From a virus: a stretch of 64,000 bases of DNA. The notes beneath the pieces were generated by a model, which saw nothing but the letters and a program-made list of their open reading frames with translations, ran no database searches and was not told the DNA's origin. The stretch spans positions 32,001 through 96,000 of the IMG/VR virus record IMGVR_UViG_3300045988_103986. One strand, given 5' to 3'. The translations under genes and the position numbers were made by a program. Every line of letters begins with the position of its first letter. Within the stretch, counting starts at the first letter, position 1. Shown piece by piece: positions 1 to 7,831 of the stretch.

Positions 1-75
1 ACGAGCAGCGGAGAGAAATGGAAGATTTCAGTCGGTGAATACTCCACAGACATCTGCAAGGACCTTGAAAAGTAA
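1..75 (+). CDS. 3' end of an upstream gene (partial, hypothetical)
   Basis: Open frame from window edge ending ...GEYSTDICKDLEK-TAA at 73-75; same strand as following genes. Confidence 0.3.
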   Translation, partial: TSSGEKWKISVGEYSTDICKDLEK

Positions 76-80
76 AAATA

Positions 81-120
81 TCTACCGGAGGCGGGACAAA
101 GTTCCCGCTTCCGGTAGATA
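81..120 (+). promoter_or_regulatory. Palindromic hairpin overlapping a variant copy of the GGGACAAA(T/G)-N11/12-GTAGA motif
   Basis: tctaccgga-g-gcggga-caaagt-tcccgc-t-tccggtaga (81-118) is a near-perfect inverted repeat. GGGACAAAG 93-101 and GTAGATA 114-120 lie 45 nt upstream of the ATG at 165. Confidence 0.4.
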
Positions 121-164
121 CAAAAGCAGAACAGGAAAACCAAGAAAACTGGGAGGTACATAAA

Positions 165-755
165 ATGGGTTGGACTTGGCAGTGTGCGAAATTTTACGAT
201 AGGAAGGGTAACATCGACCGCAAAGCAGAGTGCGACGATCTGTACACATGGAACAATGAAGAAACCGGAGACAAATGCCGCGTTTTGAAGTCCGCAATGG
301 TGGGCGCGACGTGGTACGGTGCTTGTGAGAGAACCAGACCCGGCCAGAATCCATACGTTTTCGCTGGCGTGTGCCTGACGAGCGTAGACAGCCGCGAATA
401 CTACAACTTTGGTTACAAGGACATGGATGAATCTATGGGGCCGTGTGAACGTGAGTGCCCGGTCTCCATCCTGAAACTGCTTTCCGCACGCGATGACAAA
501 TGGGCGATTGAGTGGCGTGCAGCCTGCCGGGAGAACGCAGCGAAAAAGTCTGCTGCCAAGAAAGACCCGAACAGCCTGCAAAATCTCCCGCTCGGTGCAA
601 AAATCACAGTGCAGAAACGTGGCCAGGGCATCGTGCTCGAAAAAGGAAGAATCAGCAACCGTAAGAATCCGGTATGGATTTCGCGGGCTGAGAATGTGTA
701 CTATCCTCTGTCCCACATCAAGCGGTACGGCTACACACTCTGCAATCCAGCCTAA
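165..755 (+). CDS. conserved phage hypothetical protein (Cys-rich; YKDMDESMGP...CP motif)
   Basis: 196-aa ORF with RBS gggagg 8 nt upstream of the ATG. No domain I can name with confidence. Confidence 0.7.
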   Translation: MGWTWQCAKFYDRKGNIDRKAECDDLYTWNNEETGDKCRVLKSAMVGATWYGACERTRPGQNPYVFAGVCLTSVDSREYYNFGYKDMDESMGPCERECPVSILKLLSARDDKWAIEWRAACRENAAKKSAAKKDPNSLQNLPLGAKITVQKRGQGIVLEKGRISNRKNPVWISRAENVYYPLSHIKRYGYTLCNPA

Positions 756-788
756 ATTTCCAAGTCATGTAGAAATTTCAGAATCCAC

Positions 789-1052
789 ATGTTAGAATGG
801 GATGAGATTGGGGGGTTGCCGATGTTCTACAAAGCCGGCGAGTACCGGATAAACCAAGAAAACGAATTTATTTCCGCCTCGACTGGATTGCCGCTGAAAC
901 CAGGCGATCTGGTGGCGCTGGAGGCTTTCTGTGACGCGAATGATATTTCGCCGATAAAATCCTATGGGAGGAAAATCGTTTCACAGAACCGCGAGGTAGT
1001 CGTTGTGAACGGTGTGAAGAAGCTGTACAAATCTGCCGTTGTTCAGATTTGA
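789..1052 (+). CDS. hypothetical protein
   Basis: 87-aa ORF on the operon strand. The start is uncertain; an alternative ATG lies at 822 after ggggg. Confidence 0.45.
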   Translation: MLEWDEIGGLPMFYKAGEYRINQENEFISASTGLPLKPGDLVALEAFCDANDISPIKSYGRKIVSQNREVVVVNGVKKLYKSAVVQI

Positions 1053-1060
1053 ATCATCTT

Positions 1061-1222
1061 CGTGAGGTCACGAAATAGATTGCAAGCAGGTTGCAAGTTG
1101 GTTGCAACATTCCAAGCGGTAATAGGAAAATAGCACGCGAAACGCACGGAAAACACACGAAAAACGCACGCAAGTTGTAAGCAAGTTGTAAGCAAGTTAC
1201 CATTTCCGCGAGGTCACGAAAA
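1061..1222 (+). repeat. iteron-like repeat cluster bounded by two CG(T/C)GAGGTCACGAAA palindromic boxes
   Basis: Boxes lie at 1061-1075 and 1207-1222. Between them are 3x GGTTGCAA-type, 4x (A)AACGCACG-type and 3x GCAAGTTGTAA-type direct repeats. No ORF. Confidence 0.55.
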
Positions 1223-1240
1223 TGGTTGAGAACCAAGAAA

Positions 1241-1280
1241 ACCAGAGCCATCCACGTTCGGACGGTTCTGGTTTTTTGTT
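1241..1280 (+). terminator. rho-independent terminator candidate
   Basis: accagagccatcc...ggacggttctggt stem followed by tttttgttt. Confidence 0.5.
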
Positions 1281-1289
1281 TGGAAATGC

Positions 1290-1317
1290 GGGACAAATGC
1301 GGATCTTGCGTAGAAAT
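1290..1317 (+). promoter_or_regulatory. GGGACAAAT-N11-GTAGAA motif copy
   Basis: GGGACAAAT 1290-1298, 11-nt spacer, GTAGAAAT 1310-1317. It points into the 3' end of the reverse-strand gene 1334-2857. Confidence 0.4.
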
Positions 1318-1333
1318 ACAAGCAGGCAAAACA

Positions 1334-2857
1334 TTAAGTGCCCCGCATTTTCATGCTCTCACGATATTGCTCGGCATCCGGCAAATACTTAAAGTCCACT
1401 GTTTTGTCATAGTTTTCTCGGACGACTTGCTCGATTTCCTTTAGGCTTACATGAAAAAATTCTTTTCTCCCATTCACCATATTGACCCGTTTGTCCGCAA
1501 AGGCATTGTGAAGCGCTGTTTCCAGTTTCGGAGCATCATCTGAGAAAATCAGCGCATGAATATCGAATCTAAACGGAACCGATGCGCCTCCGAGTTCGTC
1601 AATTCGGTCTTTCGGTTCTAAGCGTCTGGTCATACCTATTTTGTAGACACCTTCACCGAATGCCCCGATGTTCGATATCACATAGACGTACCCGGCTCTC
1701 TCATTTGCAGCGCGATAATCCACATCCTTTAGCGCCTTCTCCAAATCAGAAATCTCTCCATTGACGGCCTCAATTTTTTCTTGGATAAGCTTCTTCCGCT
1801 CGTCATTCGATTCGCTTTCCATTTGCTCATTCAGGCGCTGCATAAGGTTCTCGTAGTGAATATGTTCTTTTTCGATTCGTCTACGTTCTTCTTCGATTTC
1901 CTTTTGTACTTTGAGATTTTCACGTTCAATTTCTCGTTGCTCGCGCGCACGTTCTTTTTCTTCCTGCTTCTTGCGTGCGTATTCATACGCAAGGGCAAGC
2001 TCCTTGTGTTTAAGCTCCAAAAACTCAAAGGATATTTGAATGGCATTCACAGCATTTATCCCGTTGATTTTTTTGTAAATCTGGTCTATCCGTTTTTTCA
2101 TGCTATCAAAATTGTTGAATTTCACTTTGTCGATAGCATTTTCACACTCTGTATTAAAGGACAAAAGCGCAGATTTTATGTTGTCTTCAATCATCTTTCT
2201 GCCCTGTGACAGACTTCCATTTACCTTCCACTGCGTGGAACAATTTGCCGCGACGCCTAACCGTATCATTCGCTTTTGATTCTCACGGCAGTTTTGCAGC
2301 TCTGCTTTGTATTCCTCTGACGACGCAAAGTCGTACATCGGCTTATAGAGGCCAAATTCCTGCATCAGTTTTTCATCTTCAAGTTCTACGACCGCCTCTC
2401 GCAGTTCTGCCCCTTTGCCAGCAAGTTTTTCGATTTCTTTCTGTCTTTGCAAAATGTCGTGTTCAAGTCGAGATTCTTCATTTTTGAGAATTGCAATGTG
2501 TTCTTTCGCAGCAATGATCTGGCCGTGTTCATCGGTAAAAGCATTTTCATAAAACGCCTTGTCTTGTTGTAAGGACGCGACACTACTCTGCAGTGCCGAT
2601 ATTTCCGAACTCTGGGAATCTGAACGTTCCTGTAGTTTTTTGCGCTCCATCTCAGATTTCTTTAAAGCCAACGTCAAATCAGCGCACTCTTTGGCTTGTC
2701 TGGAAACTTCTTGTAACAAGTGTTTTTTCTGCTGGGACGCCTGATTGAGTGATTCAGATAACTCCGCGACTTTTCTTCTTAACTCGTCAGCTTCTTTCTG
2801 TTTCGCTGCAAGGTTGTCCTTTAACTCTTGTACTCTGAATAAATCCGTAACTCCCAT
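1334..2857 (-). CDS. DUF4041-type coiled-coil protein with C-terminal T5orf172 (GIY-YIG-like) domain
   Basis: 507 aa. Long heptad-rich N-terminal part. The C-terminus GYVYVISN..GVYKIGMTRRLEPKDRIDELG..PFRFDIHALIFSDDAPKLETALHNAF...GRKEFFHV matches the T5orf172/MUG113 pattern. Confidence 0.75.
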   Translation of the reverse strand: MGVTDLFRVQELKDNLAAKQKEADELRRKVAELSESLNQASQQKKHLLQEVSRQAKECADLTLALKKSEMERKKLQERSDSQSSEISALQSSVASLQQDKAFYENAFTDEHGQIIAAKEHIAILKNEESRLEHDILQRQKEIEKLAGKGAELREAVVELEDEKLMQEFGLYKPMYDFASSEEYKAELQNCRENQKRMIRLGVAANCSTQWKVNGSLSQGRKMIEDNIKSALLSFNTECENAIDKVKFNNFDSMKKRIDQIYKKINGINAVNAIQISFEFLELKHKELALAYEYARKKQEEKERAREQREIERENLKVQKEIEEERRRIEKEHIHYENLMQRLNEQMESESNDERKKLIQEKIEAVNGEISDLEKALKDVDYRAANERAGYVYVISNIGAFGEGVYKIGMTRRLEPKDRIDELGGASVPFRFDIHALIFSDDAPKLETALHNAFADKRVNMVNGRKEFFHVSLKEIEQVVRENYDKTVDFKYLPDAEQYRESMKMRGT

Positions 2858-2893
2858 TTCACATCAGCCTCATCAAATTATAATAAAAGTATA

Positions 2894-2922
2894 TTGACAG
2901 CATCATTTTATTATGCTATTAT
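2894..2922 (+). promoter_or_regulatory. sigma-A-type promoter
   Basis: TTGACA (2894-2899), 17 nt, TATTAT (2917-2922), upstream of the RBS aaaggagg and the ATG at 2946. Confidence 0.6.
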
Positions 2923-2945
2923 TATGCTTGAAAGGAGGATATTGC

Positions 2946-3104
2946 ATGGCACGACCGAAAGAGAACACTGAGCGGATAACCGTTTTCTTCCCGGCGGATG
3001 CACTTGAAAAAATGAAGGAAGAAGCTAAACGCCGTGGAATGACCGTAAGCGGATACGTTCGTTTTGCAGTTCTTGAATATCTCCGTGAAAGCCGAGATAA
3101 ATAA
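2946..3104 (+). CDS. ribbon-helix-helix (CopG/Arc-like) DNA-binding protein
   Basis: MARPKENTERITVFFPADALEKMKEEAKRRGMTVSGYVRFAVLEYL shows a beta-strand then two helices. Strong RBS. The track ORF start at 2913 is probably too early. Confidence 0.7.
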   Translation: MARPKENTERITVFFPADALEKMKEEAKRRGMTVSGYVRFAVLEYLRESRDK

Positions 3105-3199
3105 AAAATCGAGCAACCGTAGCTAAGTTTGGCGACCCACTACGATTGCTCTTGTGCCAAAACCGCAGGGGTTTTGTCTATTCAAGTATAGACGAAGCG

Positions 3200-3228
3200 C
3201 CCTGTAAAAGTCAAGCACTTTTACAGGG
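3200..3228 (+). terminator. perfect 12-bp hairpin (possible terminator or regulatory stem)
   Basis: ccctgtaaaagt-caagc-acttttacaggg. Only a weak T tract follows. Confidence 0.35.
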
Positions 3229-3315
3229 ATTTCTATACCCTTTTTCAGGAATTTCAGAATAGTTTTAAAAGCATCCGCAGCCCCTACAAATTTCGAACAT
3301 TTCGCCTATAAACGG

Positions 3316-3349
3316 TATGACCTAATTCATTTGGAGGCCGAACTATACT
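3316..3349 (+). promoter_or_regulatory. TATGACCTAA(A/T)TCATTTGGAGG box plus -10-like hexamer (copy 1 of 3)
   Basis: tatgacctaattcatttggagg...TATACT. The box-to-hexamer spacing (28 nt) is the same in all three copies. It lies 47 nt upstream of the ATG at 3396. Confidence 0.5.
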
Positions 3350-3395
3350 GAAATTAGATGGGTATTGCCACCAAACACGATTAAAGGAGAAAAAT

Positions 3396-4223
3396 ATGAG
3401 CTATTTAGAAACGATCAACAACACCAATATCGCAATCAAAGAGTATCAGGGGCAGCGCGTCGTCACGTTCAAGGATGTTGACACAGTGCATGGAAGACCG
3501 GATGGAACCGCGCGGAAGCGTTTCAATGACAACCGTGAACACTTCATCGAAGGCGAAGATTTCTTCAAAGTTAAGTGTTCTGAGGTGCGTCCGTTTTTCG
3601 GACAGACCCCGCCGAACGGTTTTAACCCCGATGCAGACATTGTTCTCGTGACTGAATCTGGCTACCTCATGCTTTCGAAGTCCTTTACAGACGATAAAGC
3701 TTGGCAGGTACAGCGGCAGCTTGTGAAGGGTTACTTCCGGGCAAAAGAAGCCGTGCAGCTCTCCCCTGCCGAACAGCTGCTTGCGCAGGCGCAGCTCATG
3801 GTCGAGCAGGAGCGTCGGATCAAGGCTCTGGAAGCCAGTAACGCCGAAAACGCACGGGCAATGGAGACGGTCAAAGACGCCATCGACATCATGGTAGCGC
3901 CGCCCGTAACGGCTGGCAACTGGCAGAGCCAGATGAACCGGAACGTCCGCGCATTCTGTATGCAGACGGGCCTCGACTTCCACGAAACGTTCAGACAGCT
4001 TTATGCGGAACTGGAAGTATCGGCCGGTGTCAAGCTTGGTGTCCGCGTTAAGTTCGCACGCCAGCGTCTGCAGGTCAACGGCGCAACACAGACCGAGATC
4101 GCGGCCGTCTCAAAACTCAGCATTGTCGCGCAGGACAAGAAACTGCGAGAGATTTTCAACAGCCTGTACAACCGTATGGTTGCCAGATACACAATCAATA
4201 CGGACAGAACACAGAATCGTTAA
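3396..4223 (+). CDS. phage antirepressor/regulatory protein with ORF6N (KilA-N-like) N-terminal domain
   Basis: N-terminus IKEYQGQRVVTFKDVDTVHGRPDGTARKRFNDNREHFIEGEDFFKV is typical of ORF6N/Rha-type domains. RBS aaaggag. Confidence 0.65.
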   Translation: MSYLETINNTNIAIKEYQGQRVVTFKDVDTVHGRPDGTARKRFNDNREHFIEGEDFFKVKCSEVRPFFGQTPPNGFNPDADIVLVTESGYLMLSKSFTDDKAWQVQRQLVKGYFRAKEAVQLSPAEQLLAQAQLMVEQERRIKALEASNAENARAMETVKDAIDIMVAPPVTAGNWQSQMNRNVRAFCMQTGLDFHETFRQLYAELEVSAGVKLGVRVKFARQRLQVNGATQTEIAAVSKLSIVAQDKKLREIFNSLYNRMVARYTINTDRTQNR

Positions 4224-4236
4224 AGGAGGTAAAAAC

Positions 4237-4800
4237 ATGGCAGAAAGACGCATGTTTGCAAAATGCGTTGTTCAATCCGCACAGTTTCTGAAAATGCCGG
4301 TCGCGGCCCGGCTTTTGTATTACGACCTTGGCATGGCCGCTGATGACGATGGCGTCGTCGAAGCATTCACCGTACTTCGTACAACGGGCGCGTCCAAAGA
4401 CGATTTGATGACCCTCGCAAGCAAGAAATTCGTTCAGGTCATAAACGATGATCTAGTTACGGTCATCCTTGACTGGAAACGAAACAACCAAATCCGTAAA
4501 GATCGATACCGCCCTAGCATTTACCGAGACCTGCTTTCTTCGCTTGGAGCGGTCGTAGAGGAGTCAGTTGTAACAGAGGAAAACGAAGAACGAGAGAAAA
4601 CAGAAAAATGCCCATTCTGCGGTGGTGACGCATATTTGCATTTTGCGCAAAGCCGTTATCTCTTCGTCAAATGCGACGTCTGTGGCGCAACCGGAAAATC
4701 GTATTATCAGAACCTGACAACAGAAGAAATGGACACCGGCGAATGGGTGAAGACAACAGCCGCTGTCAGTGCAGTTCGCGCTTGGAATCGGAGGAACTGA
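4237..4800 (+). CDS. phage replisome organizer N-terminal domain fused to a Lar-family zinc ribbon
   Basis: MAERRMFAKCVVQSAQFLKMPVAARLLYYDLGMAADDDGVVEAF matches the replisome-organizer N-domain. The C-terminus CPFCGGDAYL...VKCDVCGATG...AVRAWNRRN matches the Lar restriction-alleviation pattern. RBS aaaggagg precedes ATG 4237. Confidence 0.65.
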   Translation: MAERRMFAKCVVQSAQFLKMPVAARLLYYDLGMAADDDGVVEAFTVLRTTGASKDDLMTLASKKFVQVINDDLVTVILDWKRNNQIRKDRYRPSIYRDLLSSLGAVVEESVVTEENEEREKTEKCPFCGGDAYLHFAQSRYLFVKCDVCGATGKSYYQNLTTEEMDTGEWVKTTAAVSAVRAWNRRN

Positions 4801-4801
4801 A

Positions 4802-5746
4802 ATGGAAGAAGAGAAGAAAGCATTTTTGCTTTACCATGAGGGTATCGACGATATCCTCACCCTTCCAAGGGAAAGCGCCGGTGCAGTCATTCAGGCGATT
4901 TACGTCTACGTGAACACCGGCGCACTGCCGAAAGACTTTACCCCGCTTGAAGAAATGGTTTTCCGGCATATGCGTCAAGGGATAGACCGCAATGCGGAGA
5001 AGTGGGAGCGCGAACGAAAGAAGCGGCAGGACAGAGCCAGAAACGCGGCCAACGCCAAGTGGAAGAAGTTCGCAGAGGAACACGGGACAACCACTGACGA
5101 ACTGCAGCGCCTTATGGACACAGCTGCTAAAGCATGCAATAGCATGCAACCGCAGAATGAACCATGCTATAGCATACCAGAGCATAACAATGAATGCGCA
5201 AGCACGCCAAAGCAGGATATTTTATGCCAAAGCATGCACGAGCAGATTAAGCATAACACAGAAAAAAATAATTCTGCTAATAAAGTAAATGTAAGTGTAA
5301 ATGTACCTGTAAGTGTAAGTGGTAATGGTAGTGTACCTGTTAGTGGTAGTGTACCTGTAAGTGTAAGTGCCAATGATCCTGTACCTGTTAAAGAAGAAGT
5401 GGGAGTGGAAAAGGGAAAGGAAGAGGGTGCAGGGGGAAACCATTGGGAAGAACCGCGTCCTTCGCGTGCTGCGCCGATGTTGCGTATGAACGCCGTGATC
5501 GTACCTGACGAACCGCCGAAGTCGAAGGACGGGTTGGTTTTTGGAAGCGAAGATTATATCCGGATATTTAACGAAGAGTCCGACCGGTTTGCTCTGCCGG
5601 GAGAGAAGCCGCGCTATTTTGCCGACTTGACCGGTCCAATGCTGGTCAACCTCGAACGCTGCGAGCAATCCAGGCTGCAGAGTGGCCGTCCGAAGGAACG
5701 GTCTTCCCTTGTGAGAGATGAACTGATCGCACATGGTTTTTGGTGA
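4802..5746 (+). CDS. replication-module accessory protein with a low-complexity (V-x)n linker
   Basis: Start ATG 4802 lies 1 nt after the previous stop. The N-terminus KKAFLLYHEGIDDILTLPRESAGAVIQAIYVYVNTG resembles helper proteins that follow replisome organizers. Positions 5287-5390 encode VNVSVNVPVSVSGNGSVPVSGSVPVSVS. Confidence 0.55.
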   Translation: MEEEKKAFLLYHEGIDDILTLPRESAGAVIQAIYVYVNTGALPKDFTPLEEMVFRHMRQGIDRNAEKWERERKKRQDRARNAANAKWKKFAEEHGTTTDELQRLMDTAAKACNSMQPQNEPCYSIPEHNNECASTPKQDILCQSMHEQIKHNTEKNNSANKVNVSVNVPVSVSGNGSVPVSGSVPVSVSANDPVPVKEEVGVEKGKEEGAGGNHWEEPRPSRAAPMLRMNAVIVPDEPPKSKDGLVFGSEDYIRIFNEESDRFALPGEKPRYFADLTGPMLVNLERCEQSRLQSGRPKERSSLVRDELIAHGFW

Positions 5747-5763
5747 GAAGGAGGTTTTGCGCC

Positions 5764-6135
5764 ATGAACAACAATGAAATTCAGAAGGAGTTGTCCCGTC
5801 TGACGAAGCGCTATGCAGATGTCGGGGCCACAGAAGAAAAAGTCCTTGAACTGTTCGAGGCAATGAAAATCCGTTTCGCTGGTCGAGGCGACGAAGCTGC
5901 CGTGCTGGGTGTCCGTATGTCGCTGGGCGAGTATTTCCACCGGGAGGAAATTTTCTCCCTCGATGATGTCTGCTGCATGGTCGCACGACCGAAAGAGGAA
6001 GTCATTGCACACATAATCGCGATGGGGCCAGAGGTCATGCGCAGGCACATTGTCACCGTAGAGCCGTCGCCATATTTGGTCGAATACCTCAAGCGAAAGC
6101 ACGAACGCGAAAACCGGCAGGACGGCCAGCAATGA
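5764..6135 (+). CDS. hypothetical protein
   Basis: RBS gaaggagg 5747-5754, then ATG 5764 (MNNNEIQKEL...). Confidence 0.6.
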   Translation: MNNNEIQKELSRLTKRYADVGATEEKVLELFEAMKIRFAGRGDEAAVLGVRMSLGEYFHREEIFSLDDVCCMVARPKEEVIAHIIAMGPEVMRRHIVTVEPSPYLVEYLKRKHERENRQDGQQ

Positions 6136-6160
6136 TGTTTCCAAAAAGTGCAGAACCCGT

Positions 6161-6188
6161 GGGACAAATTTGGATTTTGTGTAGAAAC
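6161..6188 (+). promoter_or_regulatory. GGGACAAAT-N11-GTAGAA motif copy
   Basis: GGGACAAAT 6161-6169, 11 nt, GTAGAAAC 6181-6188. Confidence 0.45.
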
Positions 6189-6251
6189 ACAAATAGGGGC
6201 CACACCGCCAAGTGGCTTTGAAAAAACTCTCCCAGACCTTAATCTTCCCTA

Positions 6252-6280
6252 TTGACTTTTGGGGCTACATGAATTATATT
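6252..6280 (+). promoter_or_regulatory. sigma-A-type promoter
   Basis: TTGACT (6252-6257), 17 nt, TATATT (6275-6280), upstream of the small RHH gene. Confidence 0.55.
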
Positions 6281-6313
6281 GTATTCATGGGCTACAAGAA
6301 GTGAGGTGAAAAC

Positions 6314-6481
6314 ATGAGTCCACGCACTGGACGCCCGAAATCAGAGAATCCCAAATCAAACCCGCTTCACGTCCGTTTGGACGATAAGACGCTGAAAGTT
6401 CTTGACGATTACTGCGAAAGAACCGGCAAGAAGCGCACAGAAGCCATTCGGGACGGGATTCTCTTATTGGAAGGTAAATAA
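6314..6481 (+). CDS. small ribbon-helix-helix (CopG-like) protein, 55 aa (below the ORF-track cutoff)
   Basis: Translated by hand: MSPRTGRPKSENPKSNPLHVRLDDKTLKVLDDYCERTGKKRTEAIRDGILLLEGK. RBS gtgaggtg. The HVRLDD..L...C pattern is RHH-like. Confidence 0.6.
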   Translation: MSPRTGRPKSENPKSNPLHVRLDDKTLKVLDDYCERTGKKRTEAIRDGILLLEGK

Positions 6482-6656
6482 GAATCCCCCACGCTGTTCG
6501 ATCTTGGCGGACTGACAGCATGAGGGATGGTGTCCACATCTTGCGGAAGATGGGGAGCGTAAATATATTACTACGCTCCCCGGAAAAGGTCAACCTTTTT
6601 GCGGGGATTTTTCTGTACATATGGAGAAATCCAGGAAAAGTAAAAGGAGAAATTTT

Positions 6657-7382
6657 ATGAATGAATTGGCGAAAATTATTCCCATCAACACCGAAAACCC
6701 CGAACGAATCACGGTCTTTGCCCGTGACCTGCACGCATTCTTGGAAGTCGATACGCGCTTCAATGACTGGTTTCCCAGAATGTGCGAATTTGGTTTTGAA
6801 GAGGGAAAAGACTTTTACTCATTTTTGAGTAAAACCCAAAACGGCGGTAGACCGTCCAGAGACGCAGAACTCACTATTGATATGGCAAAAGAAATCTGCA
6901 TGTTGCAGCGCAACGAAAAGGGCAAAATCGCGCGCCGCTATTTCGTCGAACTTGAAAAGGCGTGGAACAGTCCGGAGAAGGTCATGGCGCGGGCTTTGCA
7001 GATTGCAAACAATCAGGTAAAGCAGTTACAGGCGAAAATCGAAGCCGACGCGCCCGCCGTGTTCTTCGCCGAAGCCGTAACTGGCGCGGACACAAACATC
7101 CTCATCCGTGATATGGCGAAACTGCTTGCGCAAAACGGCGCAGACATTGGTGGGAACCGTCTGTTCGAGGTTTTGCGCCGGGATGGATATCTCATCAAGT
7201 CGGGCAGCGATTACAACATGCCCACGCAAAAGGCCATGGAACTCGGCCTGTTCTTCGTAAAGGAAACGCCGCGCATTGCCAAGGAAGGAGCCGTCATTGA
7301 TCGGACGACCAAGGTAACACCGAAAGGCCAGAAATATTTTATCAACAGATACGCGCCGAAGAAAGCGCTATTGGAAAATTGA
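6657..7382 (+). CDS. phage antirepressor (AntA/AntB-type N-domain plus KilAC/Ant C-domain)
   Basis: VFARDLHAFLEVDTRFNDWFPRMCEFGFEEGKDF...LTIDMAKEICMLQRNEKGKIARRYF in the N-half, and ILIRDMAKLLAQNG...MPTQKAMELGLF in the C-half. RBS aaaaggag precedes ATG 6657. Confidence 0.75.
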   Translation: MNELAKIIPINTENPERITVFARDLHAFLEVDTRFNDWFPRMCEFGFEEGKDFYSFLSKTQNGGRPSRDAELTIDMAKEICMLQRNEKGKIARRYFVELEKAWNSPEKVMARALQIANNQVKQLQAKIEADAPAVFFAEAVTGADTNILIRDMAKLLAQNGADIGGNRLFEVLRRDGYLIKSGSDYNMPTQKAMELGLFFVKETPRIAKEGAVIDRTTKVTPKGQKYFINRYAPKKALLEN

Positions 7383-7404
7383 AAAACGAAAAGGAGAAGC
7401 AAGA

Positions 7405-7611
7405 ATGAATATCAAAGAAATCTATGAGCACACACAGAATGTCGACGGCTGGATTCTCGGCATTGATGGCAGCGCAAGCCCGGTGGATCTGAGCAATCCG
7501 GCAATCATGGCCGGTGTCGGGAAATTCCATGTGAAGACGATCTATCCGGAATTCGACGACGGCAAAATCATCGTCGAGCTGGACGTTGCCACCACGGTTG
7601 AGACCGATTAA
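7405..7611 (+). CDS. hypothetical protein
   Basis: 68-aa ORF with RBS aaaaggag. Confidence 0.55.
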   Translation: MNIKEIYEHTQNVDGWILGIDGSASPVDLSNPAIMAGVGKFHVKTIYPEFDDGKIIVELDVATTVETD

Positions 7612-7728
7612 AAAATATTTTTTCGGCTTCCTCGCGGCACTTCGGCTGCGACAACTCCAAATATTCTTCGACAAGTTCCGAATTTTCCTTCTCTTTTGGA
7701 GATATCTGAACTTCTTCGACAGTTTTTA

Positions 7729-7762
7729 TATGACCTAAATCATTTGGAGGCATGAGTATGCT
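7729..7762 (+). promoter_or_regulatory. TATGACCTAAATCATTTGGAGG box plus -10-like hexamer (copy 2 of 3)
   Basis: tatgacctaaatcatttggagg...TATGCT, upstream of gene 7832. Confidence 0.5.
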
Positions 7763-7831
7763 GAAAATAGAGGCAGGTAACAAACGAAGCCAAGCAAACA
7801 AGCAAACAAACAACAACAGGAGGAAAAAGCA

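Noticed and set aside
4003-4236. Upstream extension of the replisome-organizer ORF (track start 4003)
   Set aside because: The extension overlaps the 3' end of gene 3396-4223 in another frame. A strong RBS (aaaggagg) precedes the internal ATG at 4237.
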